Assembly: GCA_043779265.1 (NCBI GenBank)
Contig: JAYWEM010000155.1
Location: 1-34,250, forward strand
Reading direction: 5' to 3'
Source: a bacterium
GTDB lineage: Bacteria; Eisenbacteria; RBG-16-71-46
Length of the DNA: 34,250 nt
Position 1 is the first letter of the stretch. Each line of letters begins with the position of its first letter. Positions 1-8,811 of the stretch are shown one piece after another. A model generated the notes under the pieces. It was given only the letters and a program-made list of their open reading frames with translations, was not told the DNA's origin and searched no databases. The position numbers were made by a program, and so were the translations under genes.

Positions 1-33
1 GCCCCGGAACTCGCGCGTCCGAAAGGGACGCCC

Positions 34-1584
34 GTGAAGCAGCGCATCATCATCAATGCGGACTCGTTCGAGACCCGCATCGCCATCCTCGAGAACGACG
101 AGCTCGCCGAGCTCTTCGTCGAGCGTGCCGAGCAGCGCCGCAGCGTCGGCGATGTCTACAAGGGTCGCGTCAACGCCGTCCTGCCGGGTATGCAGTCCGC
201 ATTCGTGGACCTCGGCCTGCCCAAGACCGGCTTCCTGCATGCCTCCGATCTCGCCGAGTCGCTGGGCGCGCTCGAGGACCTCTCCGATGCCGACGACGTG
301 GCCGGGGACCGCGGCCGACGCCGCCGCGCGCCGGTTCCGAAGATCGAGGACCACCTGAAGAAGGGCCAGGAGATCCTGGTGCAGATCACCAAGGAGTCGA
401 TCGGCACCAAGGGTCCGCGTGTGACGCAGCAGATCAGCCTGCCGGGGCGCTTCTGCGTGCTCATGCCGGGCGTCGATCACGTCGGCGTCTCTCGCCGCAT
501 CGAGGATCGCGCCGAGCGCCAGCGCATCAAGGCGATCATCTCCGACCTGAAGCCCAAGGACGTCGGGGTCATCGCCCGTACGGCGGGTGAGGGCAAGGGC
601 GATGCCGAGTACGCCGCGGACATCAAGCACCTCGCCCGGCTGTGGCAGAAGATCGAGAAGAAGTCCGAGAGCGTGCGTGCACCGTCGGTGGCGCACCGCG
701 AGCTCGAGATGACCGCCGGGCTGATCCGCGATCTGTTCACCGACGAGGTGGACGAGATCTTCATCGACGACAAGGATTCCTTCGATGAGATCCAGCGCTA
801 TCTGAAGGCTGTCTCGCCGGAACTGGTCGACCGCGTCAAGCTCTACAAGGGCCGCGACCCGATCTTCGACGCCTTCGGCATCGAGGCGCAGATCGAGAAG
901 ACGTTCGAGCGCAAGGTGTGGCTCAAGAAGGGCGGCTACATCTGCATCGATCACGCCGAGGCGCTGGTCGCGATCGACGTCAACACCGGCCGGTTCACCG
1001 GCAAGAAGAACCAGGAGGAGACGATCTTCCGCACCAACCTCGAGGCTGCGGTCGAGGTGCCGCGTCAGCTCAGGCTGCGCGACATCGGCGGCATCATCGT
1101 GGTCGACTTCATCGACATGGAGATCGAGGCCAACAAGCGGCTCGTGCTCGACACGCTGCGTACCGAGCTGCGCAAGGATCGTGCTCGGACCAAGGCCTTC
1201 GCGGTCAGCGAACTGGGTCTGATCGAGATGACGCGACAGCGCGAGCGTTCGTCGCTGCTGCACTATTACACCGAGGACTGCCCGACCTGTGGCGGACTCG
1301 GCAAGGTGCCGAGCAGCGAGACCATGTTGGTCAAGCTCGAGCGCGCCATGCGGCGTGTGATGGCGATGGGCGGACACAAGAAGGTGATGGTCAAGGTCAG
1401 CCCGGAGGTCGCGCTGTTCTTCGTCGAGCAGGAGGCGCGTCGCTTCACCGATCTCGAGAAGCGATTCAAGCTGCAGATCGACCTCAAGGACGATCCCCAG
1501 CTCAAGCGCGGCGAGATGCGGGTGTTCGCGCACGACAAGCACGAGCTGACGCAGCAGGTGGTGGGAGGAGTCCCGGGGACCTGA
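34..1584 (+). CDS. rng: Rne/Rng family ribonuclease (RNase G-like, no long C-terminal scaffold)
   Basis: S1 domain start (VGDVYKGRVNAVLPGMQSAFVDLG), catalytic AIDVNTG and LRLRDIGGIIVVDFIDM motifs, Zn-link CPTC; 516 aa. Confidence 0.93.
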   Translation: MKQRIIINADSFETRIAILENDELAELFVERAEQRRSVGDVYKGRVNAVLPGMQSAFVDLGLPKTGFLHASDLAESLGALEDLSDADDVAGDRGRRRRAPVPKIEDHLKKGQEILVQITKESIGTKGPRVTQQISLPGRFCVLMPGVDHVGVSRRIEDRAERQRIKAIISDLKPKDVGVIARTAGEGKGDAEYAADIKHLARLWQKIEKKSESVRAPSVAHRELEMTAGLIRDLFTDEVDEIFIDDKDSFDEIQRYLKAVSPELVDRVKLYKGRDPIFDAFGIEAQIEKTFERKVWLKKGGYICIDHAEALVAIDVNTGRFTGKKNQEETIFRTNLEAAVEVPRQLRLRDIGGIIVVDFIDMEIEANKRLVLDTLRTELRKDRARTKAFAVSELGLIEMTRQRERSSLLHYYTEDCPTCGGLGKVPSSETMLVKLERAMRRVMAMGGHKKVMVKVSPEVALFFVEQEARRFTDLEKRFKLQIDLKDDPQLKRGEMRVFAHDKHELTQQVVGGVPGT

Positions 1585-1644
1585 TCGCCTGGGCCGGCTG
1601 GCGCGTCCAGCCGGTACACCGGATGAATTCCATTGCTTGGGACG

Positions 1645-1674
1645 AGGGGGGAGCCGTAGACTCGGCTTCCCCCT
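1645..1674 (+). terminator. GC-rich hairpin after rng, probable terminator
   Basis: AGGGGGGAGCCG-TAGACT-CGGCTTCCCCCT 12-bp stem followed by only a short T tract. A second hairpin CCGGCTGG/CCAGCCGG lies just after the rng stop. Confidence 0.5.
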
Positions 1675-1738
1675 TGGTCCGATTCCCCCCGACCGGTCCA
1701 GTCACCCGTCACTTCCGACCGGTCCTCGAGGCTCGCCG

Positions 1739-3577
1739 ATGCCCTGGCGCTGGGGAATCCTGCTTGGCTCGAACGCTGATGAGTTGCGGCCGCACGGCCA
1801 GCGGCTCGCCCGTCGGCAGCTGCGAGTCGGGGCCGAGCTGCTCATCGGTCTGATGCTCGCGGCTGTGGGCCCCCTCGCCGACCTGGCCCGCGCTCGCTCG
1901 GGCGACGTCGGACTCCTCCAGTGGATGGCGAGCGTGACCGGCGGCGTGCTCGTCTTGGACGCGCTGGTGCGCGCGCGCGATCGCGCGAGCCGCGGACTGT
2001 TCTCGCACCTCTCGCTGGCGGGAGCGGCCGGCCGCTTCTCGATCCTCGTGCTCGCCTCGGCGCTGTTCGCGATCCACCTCTTCGCGTTCCAGGACTATCG
2101 CGTCGACGACGCCTACATCACGTTCCGATATGCGCAGCATCTGATCGAGACCGGCTCGGTCAGCTGGAATGTCGGTCAGCCCGCCGTCGAGGGTTACTCG
2201 AACTTCCTCTGGATGTTGCTCGCTGCCGCCGCCCTCGGAGCGAACGCCGATCCTCTGTTGGTGTCGCGTATCGTCTCGCTCGCCGCCCTGATCGTGGCGG
2301 CCTGGCTGGTGGCGCGCCTCGCACGGCGAGTGGGTGGCACGAGGCGCGCCTCACGACTCTCGGCACTGGCATTCCTCGCCATCCCGGGTTTCGTGTTCTG
2401 GGGCATGAGCGGGCTCGAGACGGCGAGCGTCGTGGCGCTCGCGCTCGCCTTCCTCGAGGTGTCCTCGAGCGATCTCGAACGAAGGCGCGCGCCGTGGCGC
2501 TCCGCGCTCGTGGCGCTCGCGCTGCTGCTGTCGCGTCCCGAGACACCGCTGTTCCTGGGGCTGTCGCTCGCGCCGATGCTCATCGGCCGGGATCTTCAAG
2601 CTCGTCGCACCGCCCTCGCGATCCTCGGCATCACGGCCGCGCTCGTGCTGCCCTATCTCGCCTGGAAGTGGCTCACATTCGGCTCGCTGGTCGCCAACTC
2701 GGCGGTGGCGAAGGCGGGTGCGTTGCGCGGCCTGCCGATCGTGACGCAGGCCTATCTGTTCGCCTTCCCGTTCCTGCTGCTCGCATTGGCGCGAGCGGCC
2801 CGCGGTTCGACGCGGCTCGAGCTGCGGATCTGGCTCGCCTGCGCCGGCTACGCACTCGCGGGCGTTCACGTCGCTTCCCAGGTGGCGCATCAATTCCGCT
2901 TCTTCCTGCCGGTGCTGGCTGGCGTCTGTGTGGTGATCGGACCGGCTCTCGACTGGCTGGCGACCGTCGGCGTTCCCGCGCCGCGCCGCCGCAGCGCCTT
3001 CGCCGCCTTGTCGGTGGCGTTCCTGTTGTTCGCCCTGGCGCCGGTGTTCGAGACACGAAGCTACGCGCGGCTCGAGTCCGCCGGACTGACCGAGGCGCAC
3101 GAGTCGATCGGGCGTGCCCTGGCGATCGCCTACGAGGGAGAGGGGCTGCTCGCCGCATCGGACTGCGGCTTGATCCCCTATGTCTCCCGCATGCGGACCA
3201 TCGATCTGTGGGGGCTGAACGACGCGCACATCGCGCGTCACGGGCTCGATCCGGAGCGCGTCATGGCCGAGCACCCGGACGTCGTCATCCTGCACAGTGT
3301 CGGCGACGAGACGTTCCGCGCTCGCGAGTCCTATGACCTGGCCATGCACGCGGCCGTCTTGCGCGAGCCGGAACTCGTGCTGCGCGGGCGGTGGTCGTTC
3401 AGTGGCTATCGACTGTGGGTGTGGTCGCAGCGACCGCTGCCCGCGATCGGCGCGGTCGCTGGCGGGTTCAGCCCCGTCGAACACGCGCGTGCCGAATCGC
3501 CGCATCGTCGGGCTCCCGCGTTGGTCGTGGTCGGGCCCATCCGTCACACTGCGAACCTGCCGTCCGCATCACGATGA
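1739..3577 (+). CDS. GT-C fold integral membrane glycosyltransferase (AftB/PMT-like); start uncertain (1739 or later)
   Basis: Motif DDAYITFRYA..L..G...WN.G..VEGYSNFLW after the first TM helices, SGLET and LSRPE motifs, about 12-13 hydrophobic segments, and a periplasmic C-terminal domain (GLIPY..IDLWGLND.HIA). The track start at 1637 overlaps the terminator hairpin. Confidence 0.75.
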   Translation: MPWRWGILLGSNADELRPHGQRLARRQLRVGAELLIGLMLAAVGPLADLARARSGDVGLLQWMASVTGGVLVLDALVRARDRASRGLFSHLSLAGAAGRFSILVLASALFAIHLFAFQDYRVDDAYITFRYAQHLIETGSVSWNVGQPAVEGYSNFLWMLLAAAALGANADPLLVSRIVSLAALIVAAWLVARLARRVGGTRRASRLSALAFLAIPGFVFWGMSGLETASVVALALAFLEVSSSDLERRRAPWRSALVALALLLSRPETPLFLGLSLAPMLIGRDLQARRTALAILGITAALVLPYLAWKWLTFGSLVANSAVAKAGALRGLPIVTQAYLFAFPFLLLALARAARGSTRLELRIWLACAGYALAGVHVASQVAHQFRFFLPVLAGVCVVIGPALDWLATVGVPAPRRRSAFAALSVAFLLFALAPVFETRSYARLESAGLTEAHESIGRALAIAYEGEGLLAASDCGLIPYVSRMRTIDLWGLNDAHIARHGLDPERVMAEHPDVVILHSVGDETFRARESYDLAMHAAVLREPELVLRGRWSFSGYRLWVWSQRPLPAIGAVAGGFSPVEHARAESPHRRAPALVVVGPIRHTANLPSASR

Positions 3578-3879
3578 CCCACAAGGTCACCGAAGCTGCC
3601 GGATCCGGAGTACCCTCGATGACAGGGCCCACATCCTCGAACCGCACGATCCCCAATGCGCCAGCCGCCAGCGTCTCGAGTCCGGCGGCGCAGGCGCTGC
3701 GCGAGTCGTTCGCGTGCGTGCTGTGGATCGCGCTCGGAGGATTCCTCTACGCGGCCGGGCTCCTCGAACCGGAGCGTGCGTCGCTGCTGTGGGGTGGCGC
3801 GCTCTCGCTGACGTGGGGGATGACGCGCGGCGTGTTCGCGCTCGGGTTGTTCTTCAGCGCAGCGCGACGCGGAAGCTGA
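3574..3879 (+). CDS. small membrane protein (about 101 aa, 2 TM)
   Basis: ATGA overlap with the GT-C stop (3574-3577); two hydrophobic helices in the C-terminal half. Confidence 0.5.
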   Translation: MTHKVTEAAGSGVPSMTGPTSSNRTIPNAPAASVSSPAAQALRESFACVLWIALGGFLYAAGLLEPERASLLWGGALSLTWGMTRGVFALGLFFSAARRGS

Positions 3880-4441
3880 GCGGCCGCTGGAGTCGCTCGA
3901 ACCCGGCTCGGCTGGGTTCGGCCATGTCCGCCACCACGCGATCGAGTGCCCGGATCGAGTTGAGTTCGAGGATGGCGGCTCGGTCGGCCGGCGGACCGGG
4001 CACGACCACGATCAGTCGCACGCGCACGCCGACCTGGTTCCACGCTTCCGCCGCGGCCCGACTCGGCGGATAGCCGGGGACGATCACCAGGTACTCGGAG
4101 TCCTCGGGCAGCGGCATCCGGGCCAACGCTTCGAGCCGGTCCCAGCCGGCGGGCCAGGCCGGGAGTTGCAGCACCACACGGGTCAGTCCGCTCACATAGT
4201 GGAGGCTCTCGAGGTCCCGAACGCTCGGGAGCCGGTCCAGCACGACCGTTGCCCCGAATCCGAGGTCATCGAGCACCAGCACGAGCGGAGGGGGCTCGGG
4301 GGCCCGGGAGGCCAGGGCATCGGTCCGGGCGGGTGGCGGATCGACTGCGCCCGTCCGCAGGGAGTCCTGCGAGGCGGCACAGGCCGTCAGGGCCAGTCCC
4401 AAGGCGAGTATGGAGATGCGGGCGAGGCGCGGGTGTCCCAT
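3854..4441 (-). CDS. hypothetical lipoprotein
   Basis: Signal peptide with lipobox LTA-C; GGAGG SD at 4446-4450 (minus strand); TAGGAT -10-like box at 4469-4474. Confidence 0.65.
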   Translation of the reverse strand: MGHPRLARISILALGLALTACAASQDSLRTGAVDPPPARTDALASRAPEPPPLVLVLDDLGFGATVVLDRLPSVRDLESLHYVSGLTRVVLQLPAWPAGWDRLEALARMPLPEDSEYLVIVPGYPPSRAAAEAWNQVGVRVRLIVVVPGPPADRAAILELNSIRALDRVVADMAEPSRAGFERLQRPLSFRVALR

Positions 4442-4492
4442 GGATCCTCCGTGAAGGGGCGAGGCCGTATCCTAGCCCGGCGCCCCGCGGCG

Positions 4493-4522
4493 TTGACACT
4501 CGTTTCCGGAGCGTGATACAAA
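4493..4522 (+). promoter_or_regulatory. sigma70-type promoter for rplU-rpmA
   Basis: Perfect TTGACA at 4493-4498, 18-bp spacer, TG-n-TACAAA extended -10 at 4514-4522. Confidence 0.6.
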
Positions 4523-4649
4523 CACGGGCCCTTTCTGGGAGCACCCATTGGCCATCCGAGGCCGCTGGGAGTCCCGCCGCGGCCGCTCACAGCGCGCCGA
4601 GAGTGCGCGGACGTCACCCTTGTCGGCTTCACAGGAGTCACCGGAACCC

Positions 4650-4961
4650 ATGTACGCCATCGTCGATATCCACGGCGTTCAGACCAAGGTCACGCCCGAA
4701 GAGGTGCTTACCGTGCCTCTCATGAGCGGTGATCCTGGCGCCAAGCTCACCTTCGACAAGGTGCTGCTCGTCGGCAACGGCGACCGCATCGCGGTCGGCC
4801 AGCCGAGCGTCAAGGGCGCTTCGGTCTCCATCGAGATCATCGAACATCTGCGCGGCCCGAAGTTGCGCATCTTCAAGTTCAAGCGCCGTCGCGACTATCG
4901 TCGTCGGCGCGGTTACCGCGACGAGCTCACGCGCATCCGCGTGACCGGCATCGTCAGCTGA
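4650..4961 (+). CDS. rplU: 50S ribosomal protein L21
   Basis: [14 protein letters not shown]...FDKVLLVG...[10 protein letters not shown]...[27 protein letters not shown] upstream; adjacent to rpmA. Confidence 0.97.
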   Translation: MYAIVDIHGVQTKVTPEEVLTVPLMSGDPGAKLTFDKVLLVGNGDRIAVGQPSVKGASVSIEIIEHLRGPKLRIFKFKRRRDYRRRRGYRDELTRIRVTGIVS

Positions 4962-4976
4962 CGGGGAGCGTGACTC

Positions 4977-5246
4977 ATGGCGCATAAAAAAGGCCAGTCT
5001 TCCACTCGCAACGGTCGCGACTCCAATTCCCAGCGACTCGGCGTCAAGAAGTTCGGTGGCGAGCGCGTGCGCGCCGGCCACATCCTGATCCGTCAGCGTG
5101 GCACCGTGGTGTTCGCGGGCGCGAATGTCGGCATGGGCTCCGATGACACGCTGTTCGCGCTCATCGACGGCACCGTGGAGTTCGCCCGTCAGGGTCGCAA
5201 CCGCAAGAAGATCAACGTGGTGCCGTTGGCTGCCACAGCCAACTGA
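4977..5246 (+). CDS. rpmA: 50S ribosomal protein L27
   Basis: [28 protein letters not shown]...ILIRQRGT signature. Confidence 0.98.
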   Translation: MAHKKGQSSTRNGRDSNSQRLGVKKFGGERVRAGHILIRQRGTVVFAGANVGMGSDDTLFALIDGTVEFARQGRNRKKINVVPLAATAN

Positions 5247-5333
5247 ACCGATCGGATCTGATGTGACGAACGCCGCCACCGGCCCACCGGCTTGGCGGCG
5301 TCTCGCTTTTCCGCTGCCATCCAGGAGGAACAC

Positions 5334-6266
5334 ATGAAGAATAAGGTCGCCGTCATCGGCGCTGGCAATGTGGGCGCGAGTACCGCGCTCTACATCGCCG
5401 AGCGCGGGCTCGCGGATGTGGTCCTGATCGACCGCCAGGAGATGGAGGGCATGCCGCAGGGCAAGGCCCTCGACATGCAGCAGTCGGCGCCGCTCTGGCA
5501 CAAGGGCGGGCGCATCGAGGGTTCCACCGATCTCGCATCGGTGAAGGGCTGTGACGTCGTGGTGATGACGGCGGGTTTCCCGCGCAAGCCCGGCATGTCG
5601 CGCACCGATCTTCTCAAGGCCAACGCCGACATCATCCGTCCGGCGGCCGAGGCGGTGAAGACCCACGCGCCCAACGCGTACGTCGTCGTCGTGACCAATC
5701 CGCTCGACGTGATGGCGTGGCTGTTCTGGCACACCACGGGATTCCCCAAGCACCGCGTGCTCGGCATGGCGGGCATTCTCGATTCGGCCCGCTTCCGCGC
5801 ATTCCTCGGCATGGAGCTGGGAGTCTCGGCGGCCGACGTGCAGACGATGGTGCTGGGCGGGCACGGCGACTCGATGGTGCCGCTGCCACGCTACACCACG
5901 GTGGGCGGCATCCCGGTGAGCGAGCTGATGCCGCGCGAGCGGCTCGACGCGATCATCCAGCGCACGCGAGATGGCGGCGCCGAGATCGTGAAGCTCCTGA
6001 AGACCGGCTCGGCCTATTACGCACCGGCGATGTCGGCGGTCGAGATGGTCGAAGCGCTCCTGACCGATCAGAAGCGCCTGGTGCCGTGCTCGGTGATGCT
6101 CGAGGGCGAGTACGGCCTGAACGGCATGTTCTGCGGCGTGCCGGTGATGCTGGGCGGCAAGGGCGTCGAGAAGATCGTGCAGCTCGAACTGGATGCCGCG
6201 GACAAGGCCGCTCTGCACAAGAGCGCCCAGGACGTGGCCGACATGATCGCCGAGCTGAAGGGCTGA
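5334..6266 (+). CDS. mdh: malate dehydrogenase (LDH-like family)
   Basis: GAGNVG Rossmann motif, TAGFPRKPGMSR substrate loop (Arg indicates MDH), LDSARF, LGGHGD, RTRDGGAEIV; AGGAGG SD before ATG 5334. Confidence 0.95.
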   Translation: MKNKVAVIGAGNVGASTALYIAERGLADVVLIDRQEMEGMPQGKALDMQQSAPLWHKGGRIEGSTDLASVKGCDVVVMTAGFPRKPGMSRTDLLKANADIIRPAAEAVKTHAPNAYVVVVTNPLDVMAWLFWHTTGFPKHRVLGMAGILDSARFRAFLGMELGVSAADVQTMVLGGHGDSMVPLPRYTTVGGIPVSELMPRERLDAIIQRTRDGGAEIVKLLKTGSAYYAPAMSAVEMVEALLTDQKRLVPCSVMLEGEYGLNGMFCGVPVMLGGKGVEKIVQLELDAADKAALHKSAQDVADMIAELKG

Positions 6267-6286
6267 GGCTTCGCGCAGCTGGATTC

Positions 6287-6324
6287 ACGACGCCGCCCCG
6301 GCTATCGCGCCGGGGCGGCGTTGT
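6287..6324 (+). terminator. hairpin after mdh
   Basis: ACGACGCCGCCCCGGC-TATCGC-GCCGGGGCGGCGTTGT 16-bp stem about 20 nt after the mdh stop. Confidence 0.65.
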
Positions 6325-6342
6325 CATGTAAGGGGGAGTGGG

Positions 6343-6698
6343 ATGCGCGGGGCCTGGACTGCAGTCGGGCTGCTGATCCTGAGCAATGTGTTCATGACGT
6401 TCGCCTGGTACGGCCAGCTGAAGACGCACCGGACATCGCCGTGGCTGATCGCGGCGCTCTTCTCGTGGGGGACGCGCTCTTCGAGTACCTGCTGCAGGTG
6501 CCGGCCAATCGCATCGGACATCGCGTGCTCACCGTGCCGCAGCTGAAGATCCTGCAGGAGGTGATCACGCTCGCGGTCTTCGCGCCGTTCGCGATCGTGT
6601 ACCTCAAGGAGAAGCCGAGGCTCGACTTCGTGTGGGCGGGGCTCCGCATGGTGGGTGCGGTCTACTTCATGTTCCGAGGACATCCCGTCAAGCCGTGA
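6343..6698 (+). pseudogene. DMT family (DUF486-type) small membrane protein split by a 1-nt frameshift near 6472
   Basis: One frame gives MRGAWTAVGLLILSNVFMTFAWYGQLK...FSWG and another gives ALFEYLLQVPANRIG...QLKILQEVITLAVF...VYFMFRG. Adding 1 nt restores a 118-aa family member. Confidence 0.8.
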
Positions 6699-6938
6699 GG
6701 GTTGGCGGGCGATGATTCCGCTTGACGAGTTGTGGGGGTGGGCTCGATCCACTTCGCTGGTCGTGTGCTCGCAGCCCCATGGTGCGCTCCCACAGGCGAC
6801 GCCTTGGCTCGCGCGCGAGACACGCTGACGAGTTGCCGTGAACGCACGCGATGATCGCCTGGCGGTGCTCCACGAGCGCCGTGATCGCACGTGCTAGGTT
6901 GGGCAAAGCCCCGCGACTCGCCCCCGCGGATACCAGCC

Positions 6939-8288
6939 ATGCGCTCGCTCTCACACCTCGCCGATCACGTCCTGCTGCACGATCTCAAGTCGCTTGTCGT
7001 TCGAGAGTGCGGCACCACCGCCGAGCTGCTGGCGCACCTGGCCGAGGCCGAGGAGCGGCGCCTCCACTTGCCCGCGGCCTATCCCTCGATGCACGCCTAC
7101 TGTGTCGGCGAGTTGCACTTCTCCGATAGCGAGGCGTTCAAGCGCATCCAGGCAGCGCGCGCGGCTCGCCGATTCCCCGCCATTCTCGAAGCCGTCGCGG
7201 CGGGGCGGCTTCACCTGAGCGCCGTGCTCCAACTCGCGCCTCACCTGACCGTCGAGTCGGCAGACGAGCTGATCACGGCGGCCACCCACCGGACCAAGGC
7301 AGAGCTGGCGCTGGTCATCGCCCGGCACTGCTCGCGAAAGGACGAGCCGTCGCAACGGGTTCCGGAACCCGTTGAATTCCTTGAGAAATCGACGGGGCTG
7401 GCCTCGGCCGACGCTCTCGAGCTGACCGCGGGGACGAGCGAGAGTGGTTCGTCTCCGGCTGTCCAGCCCGTCGCCGCCCCGTTGCGCGGGCGCTTCGATC
7501 TTCGCGCCACCCTCGACCAGGAGGCGCACGATCTGCTGCTGTACGCCAAGGCGCTTCTGGGACATGCGATCCCCTCCGGCGACCTCGCGCTGGTGCTCAA
7601 GCGTGCGCTGGCCGGGCTCGTCCAGGCTGAGGAGAAGCGCATCTTCGCTGCCCACTGCCGCACGCGGCCTCGGCGTGGCACTTCGATCGACCGACGTGTG
7701 CCTGCCGAGATCCGCCGAGCCGTCTGGCTGCGAGAGGGCGGCCGTTGCACGTTCACGAGCGAGACGGGCACGCGCTGCTCGTCTCGCACGCGCATCGAGT
7801 TCGACCACGTGACTCCCGTCGCCAAAGGCGGCGAGTCCACGGCGACCAACCTTCGGCTCTGCTGCCGCGCTCACAACCAGTACGCGGCCGACCGCACGTT
7901 CGGCGCCGGGTTCATGGCGGGCAAGCGCGTGGCGGCGCGTGGCCGTGCTGCGCAGCGGCGAGAGCGGAAGGCAGCGGCTCAGCATGCTTCGACGAGCTGC
8001 GGGACCGAGGCCCAAGCACTTGCTGAGCCCGAATCGAGTTTCGCACCTGCCCCGGGGCTGGCGGATCCCGACTCGCGCCGCGCCGAATTGATCCCGTGGC
8101 TCCGAAGGATGGGCATGCGCGTGGACGAGGCTCGGCACGGCGCGGCCATGTGCGACCACCTGTCCGACGCTTCTCTCGAGCAACGCGTGAAGTTCGCACT
8201 GGCTGCGCTGGCGCGTGAGCGTGACCGGCTGAGGCCGCATGCGGCTCAGGCAGCCGCCCGAGTCCCCGCCCAGATGATGGCTCACTGA
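6939..8288 (+). CDS. HNH endonuclease with helical (DUF222-like) N-terminal region and short RuvA-C-terminal-like helical tail
   Basis: N-terminus LSHLADHVLL...LLAHLAE.EERRL...AYPSM.AYCV..LHFS..EAFKRI.AAR; HNH core RRAVWLREGGRC...RC...IEFDHVTPVAKGGE.T..NLRLCCRAHNQY; TG-n-TAGGTT -10-like box at 6892-6900. Confidence 0.85.
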   Translation: MRSLSHLADHVLLHDLKSLVVRECGTTAELLAHLAEAEERRLHLPAAYPSMHAYCVGELHFSDSEAFKRIQAARAARRFPAILEAVAAGRLHLSAVLQLAPHLTVESADELITAATHRTKAELALVIARHCSRKDEPSQRVPEPVEFLEKSTGLASADALELTAGTSESGSSPAVQPVAAPLRGRFDLRATLDQEAHDLLLYAKALLGHAIPSGDLALVLKRALAGLVQAEEKRIFAAHCRTRPRRGTSIDRRVPAEIRRAVWLREGGRCTFTSETGTRCSSRTRIEFDHVTPVAKGGESTATNLRLCCRAHNQYAADRTFGAGFMAGKRVAARGRAAQRRERKAAAQHASTSCGTEAQALAEPESSFAPAPGLADPDSRRAELIPWLRRMGMRVDEARHGAAMCDHLSDASLEQRVKFALAALARERDRLRPHAAQAAARVPAQMMAH

Positions 8289-8337
8289 CAGCGCGATCCA
8301 CGTTGGAAGCGGATTCGCCAGTATCAGTCCGGAGTGG

Positions 8338-8753
8338 GTGCGGCGGAACGGCCGCGTGTCGGTTCTGGCAGCGCATGGCAGCACCAGCTACACGGGCGGA
8401 CAGGAGCAACGTGATCTGGCAGCGATCGATGCGAGCACGGGACTGGCGTCGGCTTGGAATCCCATACTGGTCGCGGATCCCGAGGGGGCTATTCCGACGT
8501 GCGCGCGCTCCGACTCGGGGGCAATGCGCTCAGGGTCGGCACCCGCTTCCATCTCGTCTTCCCATTCCTGCGGGGGCTCGGATACTCGACGGCGCAGGCG
8601 CAGCGCGGGGCCGGACTGTGCGATGCGTTGCCGAATGCTCCGCTCGAAGCGCGCATTCGCTTCGCCCTGGACGCGCTCGGGCCCGATCCGGAACGGATCA
8701 CGCTGCACTGCGCGGATCGTTCGCCGGCGTTCGTCGCCCCCGAAGTGACGTGA
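8338..8753 (+). pseudogene. chimeric remnant: decayed beta-propeller repeats fused to a second copy of the HNH C-terminal helical domain
   Basis: NGRVSVLAAHGSTSYTGG..RDLAAIDASTGLASAWNP, then in another frame DVRALRLGGNALRVG, then LVFPFLRGLG...FALDAL (8553-8678), which matches 8085-8210 at 19/42 aa without gaps. Confidence 0.55.
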
Positions 8754-8774
8754 TTCCGCCGGCAGGGTCCGTGG

Positions 8775-8803
8775 TCGACACTCGCGGGCGAGCCTGCTAG
8801 CTT
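8775..8803 (+). promoter_or_regulatory. sigma70-type promoter for the kdsB-pyrG-kdsA-kdsC-kdsD operon
   Basis: TCGACA (8775-8780), 17-bp spacer, TG-n-TAGCTT (8795-8803), 8 nt before the GTG at 8812. Confidence 0.5.
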
Positions 8804-8811
8804 GCAATCCC

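Noticed and set aside
4650..5246. Prp-dependent L27 processing system
   Set aside because: No gene between rplU and rpmA, and L27 has no N-terminal extension.
6939..8288. HNH gene as IscB/Cas9-like or part of a CRISPR system
   Set aside because: No PLMP or split RuvC motifs, no cas genes, and no repeat-spacer array seen anywhere in the window.
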